Shown: positions 17,752-27,563 of the stretch, piece by piece
Layout of the letters: each line of letters begins with the position of its first letter
Numbering within the stretch: the first letter of the stretch is position 1
DNA from: Planctomycetota bacterium
Lineage (GTDB): Bacteria > Planctomycetota > B15-G4 > JADJEK01
DNA length: 64,000 nt
Assembly (NCBI GenBank): GCA_044225365.1
Contig: JBGAIQ010000022.1
Span: 27,562-91,561, forward strand
Reading direction: 5' to 3'
Notes under the pieces: model-generated
Told to the model about the DNA's origin: nothing
The model's input: only the letters and a program-made list of their open reading frames with translations
Databases searched by the model: none
Position numbers and translations under genes: made by a program

Positions 17752-20700
17752 TCAGGGGAGGAAGCTCATTCGCACGGCATTCGAGATCCCGACCCCGACG
17801 GCCAAGTTCGGATCCATGACGAGGCATTGAGCGAAGAGATCGAGCGGACCGAAACCGCCCGGAACGTCGATCATGAATTGGCCCGATGGATCCGTGATCG
17901 CAGGCACCACGATCTGGGCAGGAAGCGGTACGAGGACGCCGCCGAGCGCCGGAGTCGGATGGCTCGAGGTCGAAGCGATCAACCAGAACGGAGCGTTTCC
18001 CTTCGCCTGAGCGAGGAGGAGCGTCGCCGTCTTTCCGGTCGCGAGCGCGCCGCCGCAGACGCTGAGCACCGCGCCACCGGGGCCGCCGAACCCGAGATCG
18101 GATTGGCAGACGTTGCCCGTCGCCGCGATGGAGATCGCAGCCTCGGAAGAGGACGTCTGGAACCGCAGGTCGGTGGCGACGACGCGGACGATCACGTTGG
18201 GGAGTCCGCCGGAGACCGGCAGCTTCCACGCGTAGCTCGTCGCCGTCGGCGGCAGGCGCTCGACGACCATGTGCCAGGTGCGGCCCGCGTCGTACGAGGC
18301 CTCGATCGCGAACGAGCGAATCGCTTCGTCGTCGAGCGCATCCCATGCGATCGGGATCACGCCTTCGCTCTTGAACTGTCCGCCGGGCGACGGGAAGAGC
18401 AGATCGATCGTGGGCGGTGCATCCTGGAGTCGGACGTCGGGTCGGATCGAGAATGGCGCACTGTAGAACGTCGCGTCGCGACCACCGGCGCCGAGCGAGA
18501 ACCGCACCTTGAAGCGAGCCCGATCGGTGCTCACGTACGGCATCGTGATGTGCCAACAGTTCGACAGCGTCGTGCCGCCGCCGAATGGCACGCTCTCGAG
18601 TTCACCGTCGAACACGATCGCGGTGTCGAACACGCCGCTCGGACCGCTGTAGTTCCAGCACACGTCGAGTCCGTCACCGAACACGTGCGTGCCGGCGAGG
18701 TTGGTGGTGAACGTCAGGCTCGGCGCCGTGATGTCCGCCGTATAGGGCACGTGGAAGAACTGCTCGTCGAACGATTCGTGACCCTTGTCGTCGGTCGCGA
18801 TCACGCGGATGAACGAGGCCTCGTTCACGGACGACGGGAGGACAGCGGGAACCGTCCACTCGTACGAGCGAGTCTCCGGCGACAGATTGCCGACGACCGG
18901 CCCGAAGAAGGACGACCAGTTACCGTGCGGCGAGAACTCGATGCGCTGCGACGCGATCGCGTGATCGTCGGACGCCGTCCAATGCAGGACGACCTTCTGC
19001 CCGGCCTCCAGGAGATCGGAGAGTCGCTCGACACGCACGACGGGCGGATGATCGAAGGGGTTGGGCGCGGCGGTGAGGAAGGGAATCGTTGCCACTGCAC
19101 CGGTCGTCTTGTCCCCTTGCCCCGTCGGATTCGACGCGTTGTTCGGTCCCGATGGATGTCCCCACCAGTCGAACGTAGCGTCGACCGAGTTGCCGCCGGA
19201 CGAGACCGCGATGCCATTGCCGACGAAACTGTTCGGATTCGTGAAGCCGAGGAGATCTGCGGCGCCCGTCACCGTCGTGTTCACGCCTTTGCCGTTCGAG
19301 AGGAAGCGGGTGCTGCGGGCGCGGACGATTCCGTACGTCGCCGCCGCGGCGCCGGTGCCGCAGTTCGCGATCGTCGTGCTGTCGACGTGGACGATGCCGT
19401 CGTCGGCGATGATGCCGATGTTGGCGCCATCGATCACACAATCCACGAAGCGCGGGCCTGCGCCGTTCGAACCGAAAAGCAACGTGCCCCACGCCTGATT
19501 CGGATCGAGGCGCTCGAAGCGAATCGGATCGGTCGGGCTTCCGAAAGCACGGAAGATGCCGCCGCCCATGTGCGCGGGCGAAGCGTCGGGTCCGAGCTTC
19601 ACCGTGACGCCGGGCTCGAGGAAGAAATGGCCGAACGACTGCACCGAGCCCGTGATGACGTACGGCACGGCGAGCTTCCCCCAGTGCGCCGTCGCGTTGA
19701 TCTCGGCGTCGCCGGCATCGACGTAGTTCTTGGTGTTTCCGGAGGTCGGAACGACGCTACCTCCGAGCAACCCTCCGTTGGTGAGCCGCACGGGAACCGT
19801 GCTGTTCTGGAGTTGAGTATTCCCTCCGATCAGGAAGTCCCATCCGGAGAGATCGAGCGCGGGCCCACTCGCATTCGTGATCGCGACGCGATCGATGTAG
19901 AGCGGCTGCGTGAACCGCTCGCGTGTGAACGAGAGACCGCTTCCATTCATCTGCACGTCGTCGACGAGGACGTAGCCGCGCAGGATGCCGAGCGAGGACG
20001 CCTCGAACGTCGTATGCCGCAACGCGAGCGTTCCATCGATCACGAAGAGCTGGCCGGATTGGAAGTGGCAACCGTCGACGAGCACGAAGGTGCCCTTGTC
20101 CGGCCCGCCGATCGAATCCTCGGTCCAGACGATGCCGTTCGTGAAGTCGCTGTGTCGCAGCAATGCGGATCCGCCATGCGCGACCTGGAATCGTCCACTC
20201 ATCGCGAGATGATCGACGTCCGCGAGTCCGTTCACTCGAATCGGCGGTGTGATCGTCGAGTCCATTCCGACGAGATCGATCGGAGCGGCGACGGTGCCGT
20301 GGGCGATGAGAGTTCCCGCGACTCCGAGCGTCTTTCCGGGATCGACGGAGATCTGCGTCCCGGGCTCGACGATCACCGTGGCACCGGCGGGAATCGTGAT
20401 GTCGCTACAAATCTCGTAGGGTCCGCCGGCCGCGAGCCACGTGCCCGTCGTGCCGGCCGCGGGGATCGGCGGCAGATTGCAGGGCGGCGGCGGCGGTGGA
20501 CCGACACTGACGGTATCGATACCGATCGACGACGCGAAGCAACCGAAGTTGCAGGCCGATGCCACATAGTAGCGCAGCGCGATCGATCCCGAGCCGGGCA
20601 CATTCAGCGAGTACTTCACCCAGCCCGTCGTGGGCAGCGGCGAAACGTCCGCGAGCAAAGTCGTGAAATCACCGACCGCATCGGCGCCGTTCCCAGTGCT

Positions 20701-21165
20701 CTTCCCACCGTTCGGCGAATAGCGGATCTGCACCGTGTCGACGTTCGTCGATTGGACCGCGCGCAGGTAGACCGTCAGAGCGTCCCCCGCCTTCTGGCCC
20801 GATACGGTCGGGAGCACCGCCCACAGACTGATCTTTCCGCCGAAGTAATCGGTCGCGAGACTCGTCGCGCCGAGATATCCCGCTCCGGCTTGCGGCGAGA
20901 GGAAGGTCCCCTTGTCGTAACCGGAGGGGCCCTTCGGTTGGCTCTGGTTGCGGAAGATCCAGCCCTTGCTCACGAGGCTCTGCGGACCGTCCGCGCCGGA
21001 TTGGGTGGACGAGATCGTGTCGAACGTTTCTACGAAATTGGCCTGGCCGCGGGCGCTGTTCGTCGCGGCCACGAATCCGAGGACGAGAAAGGGAAGAGCG
21101 GAAAAGAAGCTACGCCCGCTCGAACGAGGGGCGCAACGATTTGACAGTGGGTGCATCGCATTCAC
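17752..21165 (-). CDS. Large secreted multidomain protein (choice-of-anchor-J-like domain, beta-helix, Ig-like repeats, C-terminal planctomycete-type domain)
   Basis: Signal peptide ending ARG-QA. GWIFRNQS..DFTTLL..YYV domain, PPPPPP linker, beta-helix repeats with DATFDWWG.PSGP, and two W.A.DD..I Ig-like domains. Confidence 0.8.
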   Translation of the reverse strand: MNAMHPLSNRCAPRSSGRSFFSALPFLVLGFVAATNSARGQANFVETFDTISSTQSGADGPQSLVSKGWIFRNQSQPKGPSGYDKGTFLSPQAGAGYLGATSLATDYFGGKISLWAVLPTVSGQKAGDALTVYLRAVQSTNVDTVQIRYSPNGGKSTGNGADAVGDFTTLLADVSPLPTTGWVKYSLNVPGSGSIALRYYVASACNFGCFASSIGIDTVSVGPPPPPPCNLPPIPAAGTTGTWLAAGGPYEICSDITIPAGATVIVEPGTQISVDPGKTLGVAGTLIAHGTVAAPIDLVGMDSTITPPIRVNGLADVDHLAMSGRFQVAHGGSALLRHSDFTNGIVWTEDSIGGPDKGTFVLVDGCHFQSGQLFVIDGTLALRHTTFEASSLGILRGYVLVDDVQMNGSGLSFTRERFTQPLYIDRVAITNASGPALDLSGWDFLIGGNTQLQNSTVPVRLTNGGLLGGSVVPTSGNTKNYVDAGDAEINATAHWGKLAVPYVITGSVQSFGHFFLEPGVTVKLGPDASPAHMGGGIFRAFGSPTDPIRFERLDPNQAWGTLLFGSNGAGPRFVDCVIDGANIGIIADDGIVHVDSTTIANCGTGAAAATYGIVRARSTRFLSNGKGVNTTVTGAADLLGFTNPNSFVGNGIAVSSGGNSVDATFDWWGHPSGPNNASNPTGQGDKTTGAVATIPFLTAAPNPFDHPPVVRVERLSDLLEAGQKVVLHWTASDDHAIASQRIEFSPHGNWSSFFGPVVGNLSPETRSYEWTVPAVLPSSVNEASFIRVIATDDKGHESFDEQFFHVPYTADITAPSLTFTTNLAGTHVFGDGLDVCWNYSGPSGVFDTAIVFDGELESVPFGGGTTLSNCWHITMPYVSTDRARFKVRFSLGAGGRDATFYSAPFSIRPDVRLQDAPPTIDLLFPSPGGQFKSEGVIPIAWDALDDEAIRSFAIEASYDAGRTWHMVVERLPPTATSYAWKLPVSGGLPNVIVRVVATDLRFQTSSSEAAISIAATGNVCQSDLGFGGPGGAVLSVCGGALATGKTATLLLAQAKGNAPFWLIASTSSHPTPALGGVLVPLPAQIVVPAITDPSGQFMIDVPGGFGPLDLFAQCLVMDPNLAVGVGISNAVRMSFLP

Positions 21166-21324
21166 TCCGGCGGCGAATGCGCTCGTGCAAGTCTCGTTCC
21201 ATCGATGTGAGGGATCACCGGCCGCGACGATTCACTCGCGGTTCGTCTCGATTCACGATGAAACGGGCGCAACCGTCTGGAATCGACATGGAGTGAACGC
21301 CTGCGCGCTGGCGCTGCGACGAGA

Positions 21325-22878
21325 TCACAGGGGAATGTTCCCGTGCTTCCTGCGCGGCAATTCCTCGCGCTTGTTCGATAGGAGCTTCAACGCCTGGATC
21401 AGTTTGCTGCGCGTCATTCGCGGCAGGATGACGTCGTCGACGTAGCCCCGCTCCGCCGCGCTGTACGGATTTGCGAACCGAGCCTTGTAGTCGGCTTCGA
21501 ACTTCCGCTGCTCCTCGCCCGGGTCCTTCGCCTTCTGGATCTCGCGCTTGTAGATGATCTCGACCGCACCTTTCGGCCCCATCACGGCGATCTCGGCCGT
21601 CGGCCACGCGAGGTTCAGGTCGGCGCGGATGTGCTTGCTCGCCATGACGTCGTAAGCGCCGCCGTACGCCTTTCGCAGGATCACCGTGAGCTTGGGCACC
21701 GTGGCCTCGCAGAACGCGTAGAGCAGCTTTGCGCCATGATCGATGATGCCGCCGAACTCCTGCACCGTGCCAGGCAGGAATCCGGGCACGTCCTCGAACG
21801 TCACGAGAGGGATGTTGAAGGCGTCGCAGAAGCGGACGAAGCGGGCGCCCTTGCGCGAGGCGTCGATGTCGAGGCAGCCCGCGAGCGCCGCCGGCTGATT
21901 CGCGACGACGCCGATCACGCGCCCATCGAGCCGGGCGAATCCGACGACGATGTTGCGCGCGAAGCGCTCGTGGACCTCGAAGAAATCGCCACGGTCGACG
22001 ATCCGCTGGATCACGAGCTTCACGTCGTACGGCTTCTGCGGATCCTCGGGGACGAGCGTGTCGAGCTCGACGTCGGCGCGTTGCGGATCGTCGCCGGGCT
22101 CGATGCGCGGCGGATCCTCGGTATTGTTCTGCGGCAGGAAGGAGAAGAGTCGCCGCACGCGCGCGAGGCAATCGGCGTCGTCCTTCGCGGTGAAGTGCGC
22201 GACTCCCGAGCGGCTCGCATGCGTCTTCGCGCCGCCGAGATCCTCGGAGCTCACCTCTTCGTGCGTCACCGTCTTCACGACGTTCGGGCCGGTGACGAAC
22301 ATGTACGACGTCTTCTCGACCATGAACACGAAATCGGTGATCGCGGGCGAGTACACCGCCCCGCCGGCGCACGGCCCCATGATCGCGCTGATCTGGGGCA
22401 CGACGCCCGATGCGAGCGTGTTGCGCAGGAAGATGTCGGCGTAGCCGCCGAGCGAGAGCACGCCCTCCTGGATGCGCGCGCCGCCCGAGTCGTTGAGCCC
22501 GATGACCGGGACGCCGACCTTCAGCGCGAGGTCCATGATCTTGCAGATCTTGGCCGCATGGCCCTCGCCGAGCGCGCCGCCGAAGACCGTGAAATCCTGC
22601 GAGAAGACGAAGACCGGCCGGCTATCGATCGTGCCCGAGCCCGTGACGACGCCGTCGCCCGGGATCTTCTTGTCCGCCATCCCGAAGTCGGTCGTCCGAT
22701 GGGTGACGAACCGGTCGATCTCCGTGAACGAACCCTCGTCGAGGAGCAGCGCGATGCGCTCGCGCGCCGTCAGCTTGCCCTGCTCGTGCTGCTTCGCGAT
22801 CCGCTCCTCGCCGCCGCCGAGATCGGCCTGCGCGTTCCGTTCAGCGAGTTCTTCGAGCGGCTTCTTCGGGGTCGGCAT
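21325..22878 (-). CDS. pccB: Acyl-CoA (propionyl/methylmalonyl-CoA) carboxylase carboxyltransferase beta subunit
   Basis: [61 protein letters not shown]. Confidence 0.95.
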   Translation of the reverse strand: MPTPKKPLEELAERNAQADLGGGEERIAKQHEQGKLTARERIALLLDEGSFTEIDRFVTHRTTDFGMADKKIPGDGVVTGSGTIDSRPVFVFSQDFTVFGGALGEGHAAKICKIMDLALKVGVPVIGLNDSGGARIQEGVLSLGGYADIFLRNTLASGVVPQISAIMGPCAGGAVYSPAITDFVFMVEKTSYMFVTGPNVVKTVTHEEVSSEDLGGAKTHASRSGVAHFTAKDDADCLARVRRLFSFLPQNNTEDPPRIEPGDDPQRADVELDTLVPEDPQKPYDVKLVIQRIVDRGDFFEVHERFARNIVVGFARLDGRVIGVVANQPAALAGCLDIDASRKGARFVRFCDAFNIPLVTFEDVPGFLPGTVQEFGGIIDHGAKLLYAFCEATVPKLTVILRKAYGGAYDVMASKHIRADLNLAWPTAEIAVMGPKGAVEIIYKREIQKAKDPGEEQRKFEADYKARFANPYSAAERGYVDDVILPRMTRSKLIQALKLLSNKREELPRRKHGNIPL

Positions 22879-23255
22879 GCATTCCTCGGGGCGTCGGTCG
22901 GGGCTGCGAATCGGGGCGGCATCGTAGCGGACGAGCCCGCGGGCATGCGAGGCGCGAGTTGCGGTTTGAGCCGAGGTCGGCGTCGATCCGGCGGAGGGCG
23001 ACGCGGTCCGCCGCCGCCGATTCGTTCCCCGCCGGAAAAAACGAAGTCGCGGAGAAATGCGATCGTTCTTCCACCAACACCCTCGAACTCCTAAACGTAT
23101 AGGAGATTGAACGGGCGCTCGGTCGATCGCGACCGCGAGCAGCGATTCGAATCGATTCCTCGGGATCGAATTCGTTCGAGCGCGCGTTGTATGGACGGGG
23201 CCGTTCGTGGCGATGACCTGCGCGGCTCACTCGACTGTCGAAGGAGGATCGATCA

Positions 23256-26200
23256 ATGGCCTTTTTCCCGTGCTCGTTCCTGCTGTGGCTCGCGATCGGT
23301 ACGTCCGGGGATCAGGCGCAGGGCGACGAGCAGTATCAGTTCCTCGTCGGCCTCTGCGACAAGCAGATGTACGAGATGGCGGCGAAGGAGGGCGACAAGT
23401 TCCTCCACGACTTCCCGGGCCATCCGAAGACCGACCTCGCGCGCTATCGCCTCGCCTCCGCGCAATTCGAGCTCGGCAAGAAGAGTGACGCCGCCGCGAA
23501 CTACCGCAAGCTCGCGAACGTCGACGGATTCGAATTCGCGGCGGAGGCTGCGTTCCGCCTCGGCCAATGCGAGCTCGAGGCAAAGGACTTCGATGCGGCC
23601 ATCGCCGCGCTCACCCGGGCCGAGAAGGCGATCGCGAAGGACAAGGCCAAGGACTACATCGCGGCGCCAGCGGCGTTCCTGCTCGGCGAGGCGAACTTCC
23701 AGAAGGGTGACTTCACCGCCGCCGAGGTGGCATACGCCCGCTCCTTGAAGAAGGACTCCGCCGGCGCGCACGCCAAGGACGCGCGATACGGCATCGCGTG
23801 GTGCCGATTCCGGGCGAAGGACTTCGACGGCGCGCTCGCCGCGATCGACGATTTCCTGAACAACCATGGCAACGATCCGCTCGCGGACGAGATGCGATTC
23901 CTCGCGGGTGAGTCGAACCTCGAAGCGAACCACCCGAAGGAAGCTCTCGCCGCCTACCAGAAGGTGAAGGACGGTCCCTTCACGGACGCGGCATTGCGCG
24001 GACGCGGCTTCGCGAAGGTCGCGCTCCAGGACGCCGCGGGCGCCGAACGCGATTTCGCCTCCCTGCTCGAGAAGTTCCCCGAGAGTCGCTTCGCCGTCGA
24101 AGCCGCGATCCAGTGTGCGTCATTGCGACTGAAGAAGGACGATGCGAAGGGCGCCCTCGCCGCGGTTGCGGGAAAGGCCGCGAACGAGTCCCCCGAGGCG
24201 CTGCTCTGGCGCGCGCGGGCCCAATCGAAGCTCGGCGACGCGAAGACCGCTCTCGCGACGGTCGAATCGGCGCTCCAGAAGAAACCGAGCAAGACGTTCG
24301 TCGAGCAGCTCCAGATCCTGCGCGGTGACCTGCTCGCGGACCTCGGCGATACGAGCAAGGCCGGAGAGGCCTACGCCGCATCGGCCTCCGACTACGCGCT
24401 GCACGCTGCCGCGATCACCAAGCTCAATGCGAACGACGTCCAGGGCGCCGCGGCCCTCGCGAAGAGCCTGCTCGATCGCTTCCCCGACAGCACCTATCGG
24501 CCGCACGCGGAGATCGTGCTCGGCGAGGCGTCGTTCCAGGGGAAGAACTACGACGAGGCCGAACGGCATTTCGCGACCGCCTACAAGAACGGCGACGACG
24601 ACGTGAAGAAGCGCGCGGCGACGCGCCTCGCGTGGTGCGCGTTCCTCGCAGGCAACTTCGACGCCGCCGCGAAGCGGTTCCAGAAGCTCGCCGACGCCAA
24701 GGACGCCGATGCTGCGACTCGCGAGGAGTCGCTCGCGATGCTCGGCCGCGCCGAGGATCAGGGCAAGCACCCCGACCGCGCGGTCGCGGCGTGGAGTCGT
24801 TATCTCGCCGAAGCGGGTCCCGACGGGAAGCATCGCGACGAAGTGCTGCTCGGCCTCGTCCGACTCGCGACGGGCCAGGACGCGCTCGCCGCCGCTGATG
24901 CGCTGCTCGCGGGGAAGAACGTCCCGCCGTCCGCGCTCGACTCCGTCGTCGCACTTTCCGAGCGCCTGCGGAAGGACGGCGATGCGAAGAACGCGAACAC
25001 TCTGCTCGAGCGCATCATCGCCCGCGGCAAGAACGGCGATGTGCCGGCCTCCGCGCGTTATGCCCTTGCCTACGCTCGCTACGACGCGGGCGCGTTCGAC
25101 GACGCAGCGCGCCTCGTCGAGGGTCTCGCAGGAGAGGCCAACATCGACCCGACGCTGCGAGCGGCCGCACTCGAACTCGAGGTCTACGCCCGCGTGAAAC
25201 TGAATGACGGCGCAGGCGCGAGCAAACGCCTCGCGGCCCTTTCGAGCCTGACGAAGGACGGCAAGAAGCGGCTCGAACTCACGCGACTCGTCGCCGAGAC
25301 GCTGAAGAAGGCGGGCGACGCCAAGGGCGCCGAAGCGCTCTACGCCGACCTCGAGAAGAGCGCGAAGAACGATCCATCGCTCGCGAAGGAGGTCGCGCCG
25401 GAGATCGCGGCGGAGCGCGCCTATCTCGCGCTCGACCGCGGCGACGTGAAGGGCGCCGTGGCAATCGTCGAGAGCGTGAATCCCGAGGTGCGGGGCGCCA
25501 TCGACGACGCGGCGTTCTTCGTCGGCGAAGCCCTCTTCACGGCAAACGACTTCCAGGGCGCGTCCAAGCTCTACGAGCGCGCGACGCACTCGAACAAACT
25601 CGCCGACAAGGCGCTCTACAAGGGCGGCTTCGCGGCGATCAAGCGCGAGGACTTCGCGCTCGCGCAGAAACAATTCCAAAGACTCGTGACGGAGCAAAGC
25701 AAGTCGCCGCTCCTCGGCGAGTCGCTCTACCTGCTCGGCGAATCGCTCTATCGCCAGAACGAGTTCGAAGCCGCGATGGCGCCGCTCACGCGCCTGCGCA
25801 AGGAACAGCCGAAGCACGCGTCGATCGCGAAGGCGCTGTTCCGCCTCGGTCTCTGCGCCGGCAAGCTGAAGCGCTGGCCCGAAGCCCAAGATGCGCTCGA
25901 CGATCTCGCGCGCCGCTTCCCCGATTTCCCGAACCTCGCCGAAGCGGAGCTGTGGCACGGCCGCGCGCTCGCGGTTGCTGGCAACGTACGCGCCGCGCGC
26001 TCCGCACTCGAACGCACGATCGCCCTCGACAAGGGTGAACTCGCCGCCCGCGCGCGGATCGAGATCGGTCGCCTGCACTCGTCGGCCGGCGAACACGAGA
26101 AGGCGCTCGCCGAGTTCCTCAAGGTCGCGGTGCTCTTTGGTGGGGACGACGTCGTCGCCGAGAGCCTGTTCTGCGCCGGCGACAGCCTCGAAGCCCTCGG

Positions 26201-26309
26201 CGACAAGGCCAAGGCGCAGAAGCAGTACGAAGAACTGGTCGCGAAGTATCCGCGCTCCCCGTTCGCAAACGACGCCAAGCAACGCATCGAACGCATCCGC
26301 ACGCTGTAA
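23256..26309 (+). CDS. Large secreted tetratricopeptide-repeat protein (CpoB/YbgF-like repeats)
   Basis: AAGGAGG RBS and hydrophobic N-terminus. Many TPR-like helical repeats (A.F.LGE..F, FP.S, A.YK.G). Ends with KAQKQYEELVAKYPRSPFA..AK.R. Confidence 0.9.
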   Translation: MAFFPCSFLLWLAIGTSGDQAQGDEQYQFLVGLCDKQMYEMAAKEGDKFLHDFPGHPKTDLARYRLASAQFELGKKSDAAANYRKLANVDGFEFAAEAAFRLGQCELEAKDFDAAIAALTRAEKAIAKDKAKDYIAAPAAFLLGEANFQKGDFTAAEVAYARSLKKDSAGAHAKDARYGIAWCRFRAKDFDGALAAIDDFLNNHGNDPLADEMRFLAGESNLEANHPKEALAAYQKVKDGPFTDAALRGRGFAKVALQDAAGAERDFASLLEKFPESRFAVEAAIQCASLRLKKDDAKGALAAVAGKAANESPEALLWRARAQSKLGDAKTALATVESALQKKPSKTFVEQLQILRGDLLADLGDTSKAGEAYAASASDYALHAAAITKLNANDVQGAAALAKSLLDRFPDSTYRPHAEIVLGEASFQGKNYDEAERHFATAYKNGDDDVKKRAATRLAWCAFLAGNFDAAAKRFQKLADAKDADAATREESLAMLGRAEDQGKHPDRAVAAWSRYLAEAGPDGKHRDEVLLGLVRLATGQDALAAADALLAGKNVPPSALDSVVALSERLRKDGDAKNANTLLERIIARGKNGDVPASARYALAYARYDAGAFDDAARLVEGLAGEANIDPTLRAAALELEVYARVKLNDGAGASKRLAALSSLTKDGKKRLELTRLVAETLKKAGDAKGAEALYADLEKSAKNDPSLAKEVAPEIAAERAYLALDRGDVKGAVAIVESVNPEVRGAIDDAAFFVGEALFTANDFQGASKLYERATHSNKLADKALYKGGFAAIKREDFALAQKQFQRLVTEQSKSPLLGESLYLLGESLYRQNEFEAAMAPLTRLRKEQPKHASIAKALFRLGLCAGKLKRWPEAQDALDDLARRFPDFPNLAEAELWHGRALAVAGNVRAARSALERTIALDKGELAARARIEIGRLHSSAGEHEKALAEFLKVAVLFGGDDVVAESLFCAGDSLEALGDKAKAQKQYEELVAKYPRSPFANDAKQRIERIRTL

Positions 26310-26365
26310 CCGCAGCCCGCGTCCCACTCATCGCCAACCGCATATCGCCACCCCCGGAGTCTTCC

Positions 26366-27124
26366 ATGCCCTCCATCCCCGCATCGATCGCTCTGCTCGC
26401 GGCGCAAGCGAGCCCTTCACCCTTGAAGCTCGACAACGTGTACGACTACCTCGTCGCGGGCGGCCCCGTGATGTACCCGCTCGCGCTGTGCTCGATCGTG
26501 ACGCTCGCGTTCGCCGTCGAACGCTGGCTTCGGCTGCGACGCGGCGCGATGGGCTCGCGACGATTCGGCGAGTCGGTCGTCGCGGCGTTGAAGAGCGGCG
26601 GGACGAAGCAGGCGCTCGAAGTCTGCGCGACGCGCAAGAACGCCTTGTCGCGCGTGCTCACCGCGTCGCTCGAACGCGTCGGCGATGGCATTGCCGCGGT
26701 CGAGAAGGCCTTCGAGGACGTGGGCTCGCAGGAAGTGCGGCGCATGAACTCGAGCCTGCGGCCGTTCGGCATCATCGTGACGCTCGCCCCGCTGCTCGGA
26801 CTCCTCGGCACCGTGATCGGCATCCTCCTCGCGTTCAGCAACATCGCGCTGAAGCAGGGCATGGGCAAACCGGAACTGCTCGCCGGCGGCATCGCGCACG
26901 CGCTCATCGCGACGGCCTCCGGCCTCACGATCGCGATCAGCGCGCTCGTCGTGCACTCCTGGTTCAAGGGCCGGATCGACTCGTTCCAACGCGACATGGA
27001 GGAGATCTTCCTCGATGTCGAGAAGCAGATCCGCTCGCCGGGCGCCGTGAGCACCCCCGGCAATTCGGCGCCCCCGGTCGCGGTGGCACCGGCCGTTCCG
27101 AACACGTTGGCGGTGGCGTCGTGA
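26366..27124 (+). CDS. exbB: MotA/TolQ/ExbB proton channel protein
   Basis: GGPVMYPL, APLLGLLGTVIG, GIAHALIATASGL.IAI. Confidence 0.93.
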   Translation: MPSIPASIALLAAQASPSPLKLDNVYDYLVAGGPVMYPLALCSIVTLAFAVERWLRLRRGAMGSRRFGESVVAALKSGGTKQALEVCATRKNALSRVLTASLERVGDGIAAVEKAFEDVGSQEVRRMNSSLRPFGIIVTLAPLLGLLGTVIGILLAFSNIALKQGMGKPELLAGGIAHALIATASGLTIAISALVVHSWFKGRIDSFQRDMEEIFLDVEKQIRSPGAVSTPGNSAPPVAVAPAVPNTLAVAS

Positions 27125-27537
27125 AGATCCGCAATGGCGAAGCGGAAGAGGAACCGCAGATCAACCTCACCGCGATGATCGACACGTTCATGCTCCTGCT
27201 CATCTTCTTCATGCTCGCGACGAACTTCGCGCAGATCGAGAAGGACATGAACGTCGCATTGCCGCCCGCGGAATCGGGCGAGATATCGCAGGCGATTCCG
27301 GACGAGATCATCGTCAATCTGACGAAGGACGGACGCCTCATGCTGCTCGGCAAGGAGGTCGACGAGGCTTCGCTCCAGACGACGCTCGCGGCCGCCGCGC
27401 AGAAGGACCCGAAGACGCCCGTCACGATCCGCGGCGACAAGGACGTGAACCACGGCCGAGTCGTCGCCGTGATGGATGCGTGCGGAGTGGCGGGCCTCAC
27501 GAATCTCCAGATCGGCGTCCTCGACGAAGGCACCTGA
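27121..27537 (+). CDS. exbD: ExbD/TolR biopolymer transport protein
   Basis: GTG start overlapping the exbB stop. INLTAMIDTFMLLLIFFML with the essential Asp, and IRGDKDV.HGRVVAVMD. Confidence 0.93.
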   Translation: MKIRNGEAEEEPQINLTAMIDTFMLLLIFFMLATNFAQIEKDMNVALPPAESGEISQAIPDEIIVNLTKDGRLMLLGKEVDEASLQTTLAAAAQKDPKTPVTIRGDKDVNHGRVVAVMDACGVAGLTNLQIGVLDEGT

Positions 27538-27563
27538 AGTCCATAGCGGGAACGAGAAGAGCC

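Noticed and set aside
17827-21144. 1105-aa + strand ORF (likewise 26964-31022, 24120-26327, 61582-63378 and many others)
   Set aside because: Antisense shadows of real high-GC genes: Arg-rich, no motifs, and fully overlapping well-supported genes.
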